Virus record (IMG/VR): IMGVR_UViG_3300033978_000457
Coordinates: 36,126 to 100,125 of that record
Length of the DNA: 64,000 nt
Source of the DNA: a virus
Reading direction: 5' to 3' (one strand)
This document shows, one piece after another, positions 37,925 to 47,850 of this stretch (positions are counted from its first letter, which is position 1; every line of letters begins with the position of its first letter). Below the pieces are notes generated by a model, which did no database searches, was not told the origin of the DNA, and saw only the letters and a list, made by a program, of their open reading frames with translations. The position numbers and the translations under genes are program-made.

Positions 37925-38467
37925 TTAGAATTTACGAACTAGGTCTACGCCGAATCCGGTAGTCTTAACATTCTTCTCGTCCCAGACCATAACGCTGCCG
38001 CCAACTTTTAGCTGGTCGTTAACTGTATAGAACACTGTTCCACGTAGGCGGTCTAGGTTCTTACCGCCGCTAGGATCACGAACGCGGTAAGCTGCTTCCC
38101 AGCTATACTGTTCGTCGATTTTGCCGAAAGCACCAACTTCTGCACCTACGAAGCTGCGATTGCTGCCTTCTGTAGTTACGCCTAGTTCACCCTTTACGAA
38201 AGGTGTTACACCCCAAAGAACGATTGGAGAGTGGTAACGTGCACCAGCTACTAGTTCGGATTTACCGCCGAAGTCATCCTTAGCCATTGTAGACTTTAGT
38301 TCTAGGCTGGCAATAACTGGGCCCATAGGCTTAGCTACTTCCATTCTTACAGCAGCGCGCTGTTCCTTAGAAACTTCTTTCTCTAGCCCTAGAGTTACCG
38401 TTTGAGCTAGTGCGGGTGTGCCGATTAGGGCAAGTGCGGCTACGGCCGCGAGCATTAGATTTTTCAT
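37925..38467 (-). CDS. outer-membrane beta-barrel protein
   Basis: Sec signal (ALA-Q), alternating beta strands, C-terminal Phe (VDLVRKF). Confidence 0.75.
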   Translation of the reverse strand: MKNLMLAAVAALALIGTPALAQTVTLGLEKEVSKEQRAAVRMEVAKPMGPVIASLELKSTMAKDDFGGKSELVAGARYHSPIVLWGVTPFVKGELGVTTEGSNRSFVGAEVGAFGKIDEQYSWEAAYRVRDPSGGKNLDRLRGTVFYTVNDQLKVGGSVMVWDEKNVKTTGFGVDLVRKF

Positions 38468-38691
38468 TCATTTCCTTTTGCAACTTGTGTTGCAATCCTG
38501 AAACCCATGGTTTCGTCCTCGTGGTAGTCACTAATATAGTCGCGTAGTACGACCATCATAGCTGTCGCAAGGTCGATTTCTTCGCCTTCCATTGCATAAG
38601 CTACTTTTTCGTATGCTATTCGCATAAGATTGTCATCTTCATCCTCTTCAAACATTTGTTCGAAGTTATTGTCCTTCAAGTTCACCGTCAT
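38464..38691 (-). CDS. hypothetical acidic protein
   Basis: ORF coupled to neighbours. Confidence 0.5.
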   Translation of the reverse strand: MTVNLKDNNFEQMFEEDEDDNLMRIAYEKVAYAMEGEEIDLATAMMVVLRDYISDYHEDETMGFRIATQVAKGNE

Positions 38692-39181
38692 ACGCCTTTT
38701 TTACGATTAAAGATTCTTTACCTGTATCAACAATAAACGCATCAATATGCGAGAAGTCATTGCGCTCTGCAATCGTTATTCGCTGGTTACCAATAATACA
38801 GAGAAAAGGTTTTGTAGCATCAAAGGGTCTAAGGTTTGAGAGACCTCTAGTTGCTTCCTTATATTCTTGAGCTGTATTATATGTAAGGATTACTGGGTAC
38901 TTCATTTCATTCAAGACACTAATCTCCAGCTCGGGACTTGGGTCTTGAGTTACTGCTAGCGCGATCAACCCGCGGGGGATGGGCTTTGCAGTTAGTTTTT
39001 TATTGTGAATTTCTGGAATACCATCTTCCCTGAAAAAGAAAAAAGTATATTCTATTTCTTTGACTTCTGCCTCAAGAACATATTCCCTAATCTGTTGGGA
39101 GTTCTGAGGTTGCTCGTTCATAATAGTCCCATCCTTCAATAAGTAAGTCAATGTACTTTCCTGTCTTTTTAATATTCTCAT
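38666..39181 (-). CDS. hypothetical protein, possible ParB-like fold
   Basis: MKYPVIL...IIGNQR. Confidence 0.45.
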   Translation of the reverse strand: MRILKRQESTLTYLLKDGTIMNEQPQNSQQIREYVLEAEVKEIEYTFFFFREDGIPEIHNKKLTAKPIPRGLIALAVTQDPSPELEISVLNEMKYPVILTYNTAQEYKEATRGLSNLRPFDATKPFLCIIGNQRITIAERNDFSHIDAFIVDTGKESLIVKKAYDGELEGQ

Positions 39182-39374
39182 TTAAAGTATCGAAAGCCTC
39201 AGGCGTCAGCACAAAGAGGGGAGGGTCCGCGGTAAATTCTACTAGCACCGGTTTTAGGTCCGGCGGAGCAGGTTTATCGGGTTGAGCCTCAAGATAAAGC
39301 GGTTTATACTCAGTTCGGGGAGTTGCGCAGGCTGAAATCAACAGCGCTGGAATTAATATCGTCAAATAACGCAT
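39087..39374 (-). CDS. o-spanin (Rz1-like lipoprotein)
   Basis: LISAC lipobox, Pro-rich, overlaps the i-spanin 3' end. Confidence 0.75.
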   Translation of the reverse strand: MRYLTILIPALLISACATPRTEYKPLYLEAQPDKPAPPDLKPVLVEFTADPPLFVLTPEAFDTLNENIKKTGKYIDLLIEGWDYYERATSELPTD

Positions 39375-39696
39375 TGAGTTCCTTATTAGCCTCGGTGGAT
39401 ACTTTTTCAGGTGGAACAGTTTTAATAATCTCCTTAAATACAGTAACAGGCTTGTTTATGTACTTAACTTCGATCTCTGCTTTACGATTTTGATAGTCTT
39501 TTAACTCCGCGGACAATCGAACTCGCTCTCTCATAGAGAGATCAATGGTTGCCTCTAGTTTTTGCACTTTTTCCACCAAAAGTACTTTTTCATTGCGTAA
39601 GCCCTCAATTTGGGTATTTTGATACATTATAAAGCCGCCAACAGCCAACGCTGCTACTGCTCCACCTAAAATGCCCCATATATTAACTCCGGCCAT
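39310..39696 (-). CDS. i-spanin (Rz-like)
   Basis: N-terminal TM followed by coiled coil. Confidence 0.75.
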   Translation of the reverse strand: MAGVNIWGILGGAVAALAVGGFIMYQNTQIEGLRNEKVLLVEKVQKLEATIDLSMRERVRLSAELKDYQNRKAEIEVKYINKPVTVFKEIIKTVPPEKVSTEANKELNALFDDINSSAVDFSLRNSPN

Positions 39697-39715
39697 TTGT
39701 TTCCTTTAAATTTAT

Positions 39716-40077
39716 AATACCAGCCACACCGTAAAGTATGGCTGGTACTACGTCCAGAGTTTCTGTTTCTAGGCCTCTGTAACTCCCAATAAGGGTTACG
39801 CCGCTAAGCGCATGTCCTCAAATGCTACGTTGTCGTTTGCATTTAGTTGTTTTTGAACTTCTAACGGAGTTCATTCGAGTTGTCCACTATTTTACAACGC
39901 CAGTCGATCCTATGTCGCCCCCATCAAAAACATACCAACCCCTATCCGAGGCCCCACTGATAGTTGGGCTTAGCTCTAAGCTCTATCAGAAGCCGTCGAG
40001 TTACCGAGGTATGCTTTTGGTGGAGGCGCCGGGTACTGCCCCCGGGTGTTGCCGCCTTATCGTCGTTTCATACAACT
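39716..40077 (-). ncRNA. ssrA: circularly permuted two-piece tmRNA; tag (A)ANDNVAFEDMRLAA
   Basis: Acceptor piece ends CCCGGGGGCAGTACCCGGCGCCTCCACCA (40018) upstream of coding-piece start GGGGGCGACATAGGATCGAC (39922); G3-U70; tag ORF 39796-39840. Confidence 0.95.
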
Positions 40078-40585
40078 ATAATTTAGGTTTATTGATAATA
40101 TCAATAGAAGCTTGAGTTGTGTCGATGATCACGTCTTTTTGACTAATGATCTCTTCCATGATCTTAGACACTTCATTACTAGTAAGTCCTAGTGAATCTT
40201 GTGCCTCAAAAAGTTTTGCGGAAAAAGCAGAAGCATGAAGAGAATACTGAACTTTCATATCCCGAAGAATTTTAGCAAGTTCAACAACTGCCTTAGGGTA
40301 CTTGTTTTCCACTGCATTAACAATAGTTTCAACAGTAATCACAGGCTTCTTAACTTCTTTTTCTAATGCTTCCTGCATCATAACCTTTCCAACATAACCC
40401 GGCGTTCTATAATCTACAGGCTCAACGCTGCCCGTAATTCCTATTGCGCCCTTTGCCTCATCAGTATAGGACGGTTCAGGAGTAATGTCAAGTACCATAT
40501 TCTGATATTGAGACAGCACTCCATTTCGATCCCTAACTGGAAGGAGCTTTCTAAAAAAATCAGTCGTTTTATTCTTGAAGTTCAT
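40076..40585 (-). CDS. hypothetical protein
   Basis: ORF with SD. Confidence 0.55.
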   Translation of the reverse strand: MNFKNKTTDFFRKLLPVRDRNGVLSQYQNMVLDITPEPSYTDEAKGAIGITGSVEPVDYRTPGYVGKVMMQEALEKEVKKPVITVETIVNAVENKYPKAVVELAKILRDMKVQYSLHASAFSAKLFEAQDSLGLTSNEVSKIMEEIISQKDVIIDTTQASIDIINKPKL

Positions 40586-40600
40586 TTTCTTTTCCTTAAA

Positions 40601-41752
40601 TTAAGGGAGCATTTTATGGGCGTCGCTGCCCGTATCATCTTCGTGTCTAGACCTGAAATATTTTCTCAGATCGTCTCTAAGTTTAAGGTCTTCGGTCCAT
40701 AACTGAACTAAGCCCTGACTATCTTTATACGCATCTACAGTTGGATCATATTGATGCTTCACTAGAATTTGCCATCTGCTGTTATAGCCCCGGTTTGATT
40801 TCTTGCCGTGGTAGCCGTGCGTTATAAGACCAGCCATATAACCAACATCGTGCTTAATATAACGCTCAGCACGATCCTGCCATTCTAGTACTTGTTCTTT
40901 GTATTTTGGGTGTACGTCAGGATGGTAGGATTTATCCGCCTCTCCAATAAGCGCACAAGCCATGTGACGGTCGGCTGATCCAAGAATTGCGAAGTCGATG
41001 AGCCCGCCAAGGGCGTCAAGGGCTTCTCTACGAGCCGCCCAGGCGTACCCAGGGTGTCCCTCATCGAAGCCATAGCCACCATAGCCATTATAACCTGGCT
41101 TTGTTCCTTTTTTCTTGGATCCATTACCAGAAGCATTAAATGTTACCTTTCCATGGTACCAATCGTGAATAAATCCACTATGCATTTGCATAGGTTCGTG
41201 TCTTAGAGACAAATCCTGTGCATATGAGAACATTTGAATCAGCATGTAGTGCTGAAGTTGTTCTATAGTTTCGTTAACCCAGTCTTCTCTTGTAAAAGCA
41301 ACGTCTGCATCAACCCATGCTACATATTCCCAGTCTGCTGGAAGTTTTTGTATTACTAGGTTTAGCATGTTCTCTTTGTGCCATAGCTCAAAGTAAGAAC
41401 GTAATTGTAAATGTCTGCAATTTTTAGGGTTTGTAAGAACGTGGGGTCTATCCCCAAAGGCCATTTCTACCGTGTAGAGAATGGCACCTGCGTCTTCTAC
41501 TTTTTGCGCAAATTTTTTATATAAGTCAATGCGTGACTTGGTACGTAAAGGATTAGACACACAAGTTACTACATATAACTTTCTGTTTCCTTTATGCCCA
41601 GGAGAATCAGCCTCTCTATCTGACGCCTCTGGATATCTGAGAGACGGGTGCAAGTGGTTATGCCTCCCGCCTCTCTTCAGAGATTCTGCCCAATCTGCGT
41701 CTTCTATATAGACACCTTCTGCGTGAGGTGTTATAGAATGTTTTTTTGACAA
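40601..41752 (-). CDS. GT-A fold glycosyltransferase-like protein
   Basis: WHKENMLN, VAWVDADV, GHPGYAWA, ILGSAD, HGYHG. Confidence 0.65.
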   Translation of the reverse strand: MSKKHSITPHAEGVYIEDADWAESLKRGGRHNHLHPSLRYPEASDREADSPGHKGNRKLYVVTCVSNPLRTKSRIDLYKKFAQKVEDAGAILYTVEMAFGDRPHVLTNPKNCRHLQLRSYFELWHKENMLNLVIQKLPADWEYVAWVDADVAFTREDWVNETIEQLQHYMLIQMFSYAQDLSLRHEPMQMHSGFIHDWYHGKVTFNASGNGSKKKGTKPGYNGYGGYGFDEGHPGYAWAARREALDALGGLIDFAILGSADRHMACALIGEADKSYHPDVHPKYKEQVLEWQDRAERYIKHDVGYMAGLITHGYHGKKSNRGYNSRWQILVKHQYDPTVDAYKDSQGLVQLWTEDLKLRDDLRKYFRSRHEDDTGSDAHKMLP

Positions 41753-41764
41753 AATTCTCCCTTA

Positions 41765-42409
41765 TTACGTTGCTGTGAACGTGAAGTTAGCAGGAACTGC
41801 TGCACCAAATGGGTCTGTAGCAATAACACGTAGAGTATAAGACGCGCCTACGTTTGGTGAAGTACCAGAGAATGTACGCGTTGAAGCCGTAAACGTTAAC
41901 CATGCTGGTAGTGCGCTGCCGTCTTGTAATGTCGCTGTATAAGTTAGCCTATCGGCCACTCTTACAGTACCAGTACCTGTTGCAGTAGTAGAGTTCTTTG
42001 TAAAATATACTCCAACGGTAGCGCTTGCTGCACCTATAGCAACATAGTTAGTTGCTGTTCCACCAACTGTAACAATAACATAGCGTCTACCTTCTATAGT
42101 AGCTGTTGCGTTTAAAACTGGCTGTAGATCCGCAAAGGTATTTTCTGGAATTACGTATGTCCATAGAGTATTTCTAGCTGCAGTTTGTGTTGAAACTGCG
42201 TTAGCGACTGTGGGCGCTACGTTAGCATCGCGCGCATTAACAATACCTCTGCTGTACGCTCTGCTAGCTCCGCCAAAAGTTCTACGAAGTTGCATTGTTG
42301 TATATTCAGGGTTTAAAGCTGCATAAGCAGCATTTGTTGGTACAGCTGCTATGCTGTAAGTACTAAATGTGTTAGCCACACTTGTAAGCCTGTCTGTAAT
42401 TCGGCCCAT
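41765..42409 (-). CDS. Ig/cadherin-like (He_PIG-type) domain protein
   Basis: LTYTATLQDGSALPAWLTF....RTFSGT, V.ATD. Confidence 0.78.
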   Translation of the reverse strand: MGRITDRLTSVANTFSTYSIAAVPTNAAYAALNPEYTTMQLRRTFGGASRAYSRGIVNARDANVAPTVANAVSTQTAARNTLWTYVIPENTFADLQPVLNATATIEGRRYVIVTVGGTATNYVAIGAASATVGVYFTKNSTTATGTGTVRVADRLTYTATLQDGSALPAWLTFTASTRTFSGTSPNVGASYTLRVIATDPFGAAVPANFTFTAT

Positions 42410-42630
42410 ATAAAATCTCCTTATATGTCGGCCGGATAATTCGAGCCTTAATTGTATTATAAGATAGTTAAGTCACTAAGTCAAGAAAAATTTTTCTTGA
42501 CATTATTTTGTAGTGTCAAATTTAATAATACCTTTTTTCTCTAGCGTATCTATTGTATACGATATACCGTCTAACGTGCCTATTTTGTAGGCTAGGGCTA
42601 AAGCTATAGCAAATAGTATTAATACTCCTA

Positions 42631-43008
42631 TTACTTCAAACATGCAATCTTTTCTAAATCGGGAGGAAAATAGTTAGGTCCTTTTAGAACTTTTCCGTCT
42701 TCCCGATAGATGGGTCTGCCATCTTCTCCGAGCTTGCTCATATTAGAGCGGTGAACTTCTTGAAAGCCCATATCAATCTGCTCTGGAGTAAATCCCAATC
42801 TCATAAGGTTGCCATAAGCAAAATAAAGAGTATCAATCCCAGCATCCAGTTGGGCCGTGCGGTCTGTTCCCGCTTCGTCCATTTCATCTAGTTCTTCCTC
42901 AATAAGGCGGCGGCCTAGCGCTTTAGATTCTCCAAGTCCCATCATGTTTGGTAGTTGACCGTATGTAATCATAAAGTCTTCTACTAGTTCCGCGTTAGTT
43001 ATTTTCAT
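42631..43008 (-). CDS. MazG/PRA-PH-like NTP pyrophosphohydrolase
   Basis: LIEEELDE, D..D.LY, EVHRSNMSK, REDGKVLKG. Confidence 0.88.
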   Translation of the reverse strand: MKITNAELVEDFMITYGQLPNMMGLGESKALGRRLIEEELDEMDEAGTDRTAQLDAGIDTLYFAYGNLMRLGFTPEQIDMGFQEVHRSNMSKLGEDGRPIYREDGKVLKGPNYFPPDLEKIACLK

Positions 43009-43324
43009 TTAATTCCTTAGCTTCTTCGCCCGGTTTGGGAATGTATACTAATGTTTCCATAGACTGTAGCTTAGTGTCGATCTCAGAGATTTTAAGTTTA
43101 ATAGCCTCATCTATACCAGCTTGACTATTTTTATAATCGATCTCAGACTGCACGCTTACTAGCGTTACAGCCAGCACTGTATTAAGAATAAACCCTGCCA
43201 TTAGGCCAAACAAAAAGCTTTGCGCTTTATGTTGCTTAATGATAAAGTTTTCTATTCGTTCCACTTGCGCATCAGGCGCGAAAGCGTCTCGATTGAAAGA
43301 ACTATTTTTTCTCTTATGTACCAT
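42995..43324 (-). CDS. hypothetical membrane protein
   Basis: Single TM segment. Confidence 0.55.
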   Translation of the reverse strand: MVHKRKNSSFNRDAFAPDAQVERIENFIIKQHKAQSFLFGLMAGFILNTVLAVTLVSVQSEIDYKNSQAGIDEAIKLKISEIDTKLQSMETLVYIPKPGEEAKELNENN

Positions 43325-43417
43325 ATGAAGTATCCAAAAGCGTCCATTATTGTTTATTCATCCACTCTACAACTTTGTTCCAATTAACCGAAATTGATTT
43401 AGCTTGTTCTTGTACAG

Positions 43418-43825
43418 TCATCGTTGATAACTCCCATAAAGTCGCTCAATGACGGGAATGTCATTATTCTTAGCTTGTTGAATCATATTCCTAGTGCCGG
43501 CTCCGCCGTTGAAAGCGAGCACTTTGTCAGGTTTACCTTCTACGATCATACGTCTATTCCGGCGGGGACCGGCGGCTCGACCGTATTTTGCCCATTCTGT
43601 TTCGCTGATAGGGTATTTTTCTAGTCTTATTCCCATATCCTTGGCAAACTCAGCCGCTACTGTATCAGCGCCTGTGGCCATGCCAGATATAATAGTATCT
43701 AGATGCCTATGCCACAGAGCTGCCATGCCTGCGGGGCAAAGTAATTCTGTAATATGTTTGCGGATGAAATTTCTTTCCTCCGCAAACAGACCAAAGTTTC
43801 TACCACCGCAGACTAGAAGTCTCAT
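43418..43825 (-). CDS. SLOG/YspA (DUF2493-like) protein
   Basis: LLVCGGR, SG.ATGAD, YGRAAGPRRN, GT.NM. Confidence 0.88.
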   Translation of the reverse strand: MRLLVCGGRNFGLFAEERNFIRKHITELLCPAGMAALWHRHLDTIISGMATGADTVAAEFAKDMGIRLEKYPISETEWAKYGRAAGPRRNRRMIVEGKPDKVLAFNGGAGTRNMIQQAKNNDIPVIERLYGSYQR

Positions 43826-44364
43826 TTTTCAGCAGCCATTCTTGCTTTAAGTTCACCAAGTTCAATAGGACGGAAGTCGATGTTTTCTACCGAGACGCAA
43901 AAGTAACGCGTGTCGATTTTACCCCATTTGGGGTCTAGAACCCGCGTTCCGTGGAGGTGCCCGTGAACATTTCCTCCGCACCATCGTGCAACGGAATCTG
44001 GGTGTAGCGGGATGTGGGAGAGGATAAGGTCATCCAGCTTGTGCGATCCAAGAATGTCTTCGAAAAAAGGACTGTAATCGTCAAGTTTGAAGATGTCATG
44101 ATTTCCTCTGACAAGTTTCTTTCTTCCCTTTAGAGCATGTAGAATACTTAGATTCTTACGTGCAATAACCACGTCACCAAGATGGTAAACGCGGTCTTCG
44201 TCGCTTACTACAGCGTTCCACCGTTGGACCATTTCGCGGTCCATTTCTTCCGTACTAGTGAATGGTCTTAGAGGCGTGCCATCCGATTTCTTAAAAGTTG
44301 ACCACGTTTTTTCGTGTCCGAAATGCGTGTCACTTATCAGCCACGTTTTTGTCATCTTCTTCAT
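43822..44364 (-). CDS. calcineurin-like metallophosphoesterase
   Basis: SDTHFGH, HLGD, GNHD, HGHLH. Confidence 0.9.
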   Translation of the reverse strand: MKKMTKTWLISDTHFGHEKTWSTFKKSDGTPLRPFTSTEEMDREMVQRWNAVVSDEDRVYHLGDVVIARKNLSILHALKGRKKLVRGNHDIFKLDDYSPFFEDILGSHKLDDLILSHIPLHPDSVARWCGGNVHGHLHGTRVLDPKWGKIDTRYFCVSVENIDFRPIELGELKARMAAEK

Positions 44365-44867
44365 CTTCTTCTAATTCGAACCACATCATATCAGCAAAGA
44401 GCCGATCAATGTTCTCTTGTAGTTGGTAAGCTTGCTGCTCCATGAGCAGGGGCAAGTTAATGAGGAGTTCCCCATCAAAAGAAACTTCCCACATATTATT
44501 TTTAAAATTTACATCAATCAACATTTGTCAAGCCTTTCAAGTTCTGAATCAATAAAATGACGTGCCATTTTTAGACAGTTTCGTGGATTCTGTGGAGCCC
44601 AAGACGATACGTCAAAGGGGTAATACCCTAGCGCCACGTCCCGATCTCCTTGAGTTCCTGCGGCATAATACCGGAGGTAGGCAATCGCTGCCCATACTAA
44701 TTCATTATCTACGAAGCCGTTATTCGCTTCATCCACCACTTCAATCATCCATACTCCCCGTATAAATAGCGATTGTTACGAATAACACCGAGAACATAAT
44801 TAACTCGTCTTTGCCCAGTAGGCTAAGAGAGAATGGAAGGCCCCAATGTTCAAAGTCTAAATACGCC

Positions 44868-45086
44868 CTAACTCTCATTTGCTTCAGCATCCTGCGTAAG
44901 TCGCTCTTGAAGTTCTTTACGAAGTCGAATTCTCGCCGCGGCCATCCTAGCTCGACGTTTTTTTCCCTTCGAGACGAAGCCATCTGACCTCTCGATGTAG
45001 CGACGGAGGTCGCCATCTTCAGTGACTTTTTTGCTTAGAAGCGACATCGCTTTAGCTGTATTATTTTTACGTACTTGTACGTGCAT
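44868..45086 (-). CDS. rpsU: ribosomal protein bS21
   Basis: V.VR.NN..KAM..L.KK...G, F.SK..KRR, basic C-terminus. Confidence 0.8.
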   Translation of the reverse strand: MHVQVRKNNTAKAMSLLSKKVTEDGDLRRYIERSDGFVSKGKKRRARMAAARIRLRKELQERLTQDAEANES

Positions 45087-45095
45087 CTTCGATCC

Positions 45096-45530
45096 TTAAT
45101 CGTTTAATATGATTAAATGGTAAATGAACTTAACATCACCATTTTCCTGCTCTTCATGTTCTACATATAAATTTTGGGTAAGGCACTGTGAAATTTGCTC
45201 TGCAGCAACTTTCATCAACATGTCTTCATCTAGGTTAGGTAGGGCACTTTGCTCTACATTAATGTAGAAGTTGATGACTTTAAACGATTTGTTTAGCGTC
45301 TCAACAGCACTAGCGTAAGCTTCTAACTGAGGCTCAAGTTTGCCCTCTACTTCATCACCAGCACGTAGTTTATCTAGTGTAGCTAGAAGCTCTTTCTTGC
45401 CCTGAGTGTGGCCAGAGACCCAAATAGGGTTCTGGTAAGTCTCCATAAGGAGAGGGCCCCAGCTCTTAGCCCATGCTAGCATTTCCTCATCAGTTTTAAT
45501 GGCTTCCCATTCTTTTCTGACGGTGATCAT
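45096..45530 (-). CDS. hypothetical protein
   Basis: ORF coupled to neighbours. Confidence 0.55.
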   Translation of the reverse strand: MITVRKEWEAIKTDEEMLAWAKSWGPLLMETYQNPIWVSGHTQGKKELLATLDKLRAGDEVEGKLEPQLEAYASAVETLNKSFKVINFYINVEQSALPNLDEDMLMKVAAEQISQCLTQNLYVEHEEQENGDVKFIYHLIILND

Positions 45531-45740
45531 GATTCCCTATCGCCGGGGTTTCTAGAAACTCTTTTTGCCTTGTTATTTGCTAGCATATACTCCAGTCGGG
45601 TAATACGATCTTGGTGGGATTCCACCACTCCCATAGTACGTTCGTGGAGCTTAATCAAACGGCTTATCATAACTTGCTGCTCTTTGATGTGCGTCAGCAA
45701 ATTGTCCAAAGTTTGACCATCAGCGGTCATGTACTTTTCT

Positions 45741-45905
45741 TCAGTCATCTTTAACCCTTTTAAAAGTCCATCCACGTTTTCGTAGGTAGGACACCTGATT
45801 GCGTACAGCTTGTACGCTTCTTCCTAGTTTTTCTGCCAGTTCTTCGACCGGAATTTCATTATACTCTTTTTTAAGAAGTAATCTTTCCACCTGAGTCCAC
45901 TGCAT
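45741..45905 (-). CDS. small HTH protein
   Basis: Manual ORF MQWTQVERLLLKKEYNEIPVEELAEKLGRSVQAVRNQVSYLRKRGW. Confidence 0.75.
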   Translation of the reverse strand: MQWTQVERLLLKKEYNEIPVEELAEKLGRSVQAVRNQVSYLRKRGWTFKRVKDD

Positions 45906-46193
45906 TAATAAGCTCCATTACTTTAAGCATTGTAGCTTTACGCTCACGAACTAGAAAAGTTTTTGTCTCTAGATAACTGGTCATAACTTCGAGCAGTTTA
46001 GCACGTGGAAGATTTTTCTCCATTTGAATCTTGGTGTAAGCCTCTACAACGGGCCACCAGTAATCAACGACTTTTTGGGATTTTTCCGGCAACATGTTAT
46101 TTCTCCATTTCAATAACTATAGCACCAACTTGACTCTATGTCAAGACTCAAATTTTGATACTCAAACGATAATTAACATCATTTAATTATCTT

Positions 46194-46850
46194 TTATATA
46201 AAATTACCTTTTAATTTATACTTTAAGGGGAATCTTTTCACCTTAAAATTTGAGCGTTCTATTAAAAGTCTAAACAAAGACTCTGGGTGATAATAATTTC
46301 TACTTATATAAGTAGGCACAAAATTAAAGAAATCCGCAAGAGATTCCATAACATAAGGATTAGCTACGCAAAGAACATCGTTATAACCACCCCTGTGATC
46401 AAATCCTTCTGGTATATACACAGTATAGTCTTCCGGATAAATATCTGGAAAAGGCTCAGCCAGCTCGATATCCATTCTAGTTCTTATTACTCTTTTATAG
46501 TCATAACTTTGCGCTATATGGTTTACTTTAAACATTTTGTAAAACATAAAGTATACATTTTGAGCCACAGCCTCTTCAGCAAGCGCGCCGTCATAAGCTA
46601 CTGCCGCACCTGCATTAAATTCTTTTGGTGAAAAGTGTTCAACCTCTAGTATTTTAGGCCAGTAGTGTTTATATACCTCGTCTAGTGACATAGTATCAGG
46701 TATATGCGAATTGTCTCTAGTTAGAATAGTATTAGGGCCCCAAGTGGAAATGAATACGTCAGACGCTTCACCTAGAAACCTATTGAAAGGTTCTACGCAT
46801 CTAACTGCATCTCTAATTTGGCCAAATAATTGAACTTGTGTGTCTCTCAT
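46194..46850 (-). CDS. glycan-related hypothetical protein
   Basis: GQIR, DVFISTW, YKRVIRTRMD, YND, HPE motifs typical of polysaccharide-locus proteins. Confidence 0.55.
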   Translation of the reverse strand: MRDTQVQLFGQIRDAVRCVEPFNRFLGEASDVFISTWGPNTILTRDNSHIPDTMSLDEVYKHYWPKILEVEHFSPKEFNAGAAVAYDGALAEEAVAQNVYFMFYKMFKVNHIAQSYDYKRVIRTRMDIELAEPFPDIYPEDYTVYIPEGFDHRGGYNDVLCVANPYVMESLADFFNFVPTYISRNYYHPESLFRLLIERSNFKVKRFPLKYKLKGNFI

Positions 46851-47428
46851 CTTGAAAAATAAATATTAGCTTCTTTGCCGTTTTCTGTATCCCAAGTGTA
46901 GGTAAATCCATTACTTGTCAAAAACTTGCCAACATTATCTAATGTATTATCTGTGTTATACAGATTTACCGTTAATGCTACTTCACAGCGTCCAGCTAAT
47001 ATACTCCCTATTCTAGCACCTAAACTTTGTAGTACAATTAGATCATTCCCCTGAGCATCGATCCATAAATAATCAACCAATCCTATATTATGTGTAGCCA
47101 TAAATGTATCAAGTCTAGTCTTGTAAACTTTATACGTATGGGTCACATTAAAATCTGGTCGCCCTTCCCAAAGATCATGTATTTTTGGGTTAAAATCATG
47201 TAGCGATGAGCAGCCCCAATCTCCTTGACCCGCTACCTTAAACGTGCCCCAACCATTTTCGTAGTCAACAGCAGCACATACTGGGTAATAATGCTTATAC
47301 TTAGACAGTCGCTTTGATAAATCTAAGTGTAACTCTGGTGTAGGCTCAAAAGCATACACCCAATATCCCTGATTAAGAAAAGACTCAGTATCTCTACCGT
47401 TATTAGAACCAACTTCTATCGCTATCAT
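46847..47428 (-). CDS. FkbM family methyltransferase
   Basis: IEVGSNNG, YAFEP, RLD, DYLWIDAQGND. Confidence 0.88.
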   Translation of the reverse strand: MIAIEVGSNNGRDTESFLNQGYWVYAFEPTPELHLDLSKRLSKYKHYYPVCAAVDYENGWGTFKVAGQGDWGCSSLHDFNPKIHDLWEGRPDFNVTHTYKVYKTRLDTFMATHNIGLVDYLWIDAQGNDLIVLQSLGARIGSILAGRCEVALTVNLYNTDNTLDNVGKFLTSNGFTYTWDTENGKEANIYFSR

Positions 47429-47850
47429 AAGCTATCCCTATATCTAATAGGCCAATCAGTACAAATACCGTAGTTACTAAACTCATCATTAAGCTCAGGA
47501 AGTACAGCAATACTATTCTTAATAGGTTGCACTCCAGGGTAGGCCCAAAGTATGCCATAACTAGTATAAACTACGTCATCTTTATCATGCCAAAATCTGT
47601 GCAGAGTTTCTAGTTCTAGAGCTTCCTTGTTCTTGCAATGAACCCACAATAAAGCTGCCCTATCTTCTAACCAACTTAAGGGTACCAAGTATTCTGGCTC
47701 GTCATGCCCAAGGTAAAGTTTGTTTTCTATCTTTCTTAGGTCAATCTCTACTTCAAAATCCATCTCTAGAGCTCTATCAATAAACTCGGGGTGATTTTCC
47801 ATGGCGGAAAGTGGGCCGTTTAAATTACCTCTGTGAGATATTATTATCAA
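47425..47850 (-). CDS. GDPD/PLC-like phosphodiesterase
   Basis: ISHRGN, EN, EVEIDL, LGHD, HCKN. Confidence 0.75.
   Translation of the reverse strand: MIIISHRGNLNGPLSAMENHPEFIDRALEMDFEVEIDLRKIENKLYLGHDEPEYLVPLSWLEDRAALLWVHCKNKEALELETLHRFWHDKDDVVYTSYGILWAYPGVQPIKNSIAVLPELNDEFSNYGICTDWPIRYRDSL

Noticed and set aside
39822-40115. Plus-strand ORF over tmRNA; similarly 59394-59843, 57131-57376, 57911-58153 and 34448-34654 over tRNAs
   Set aside because: They overlap RNA genes and are spurious
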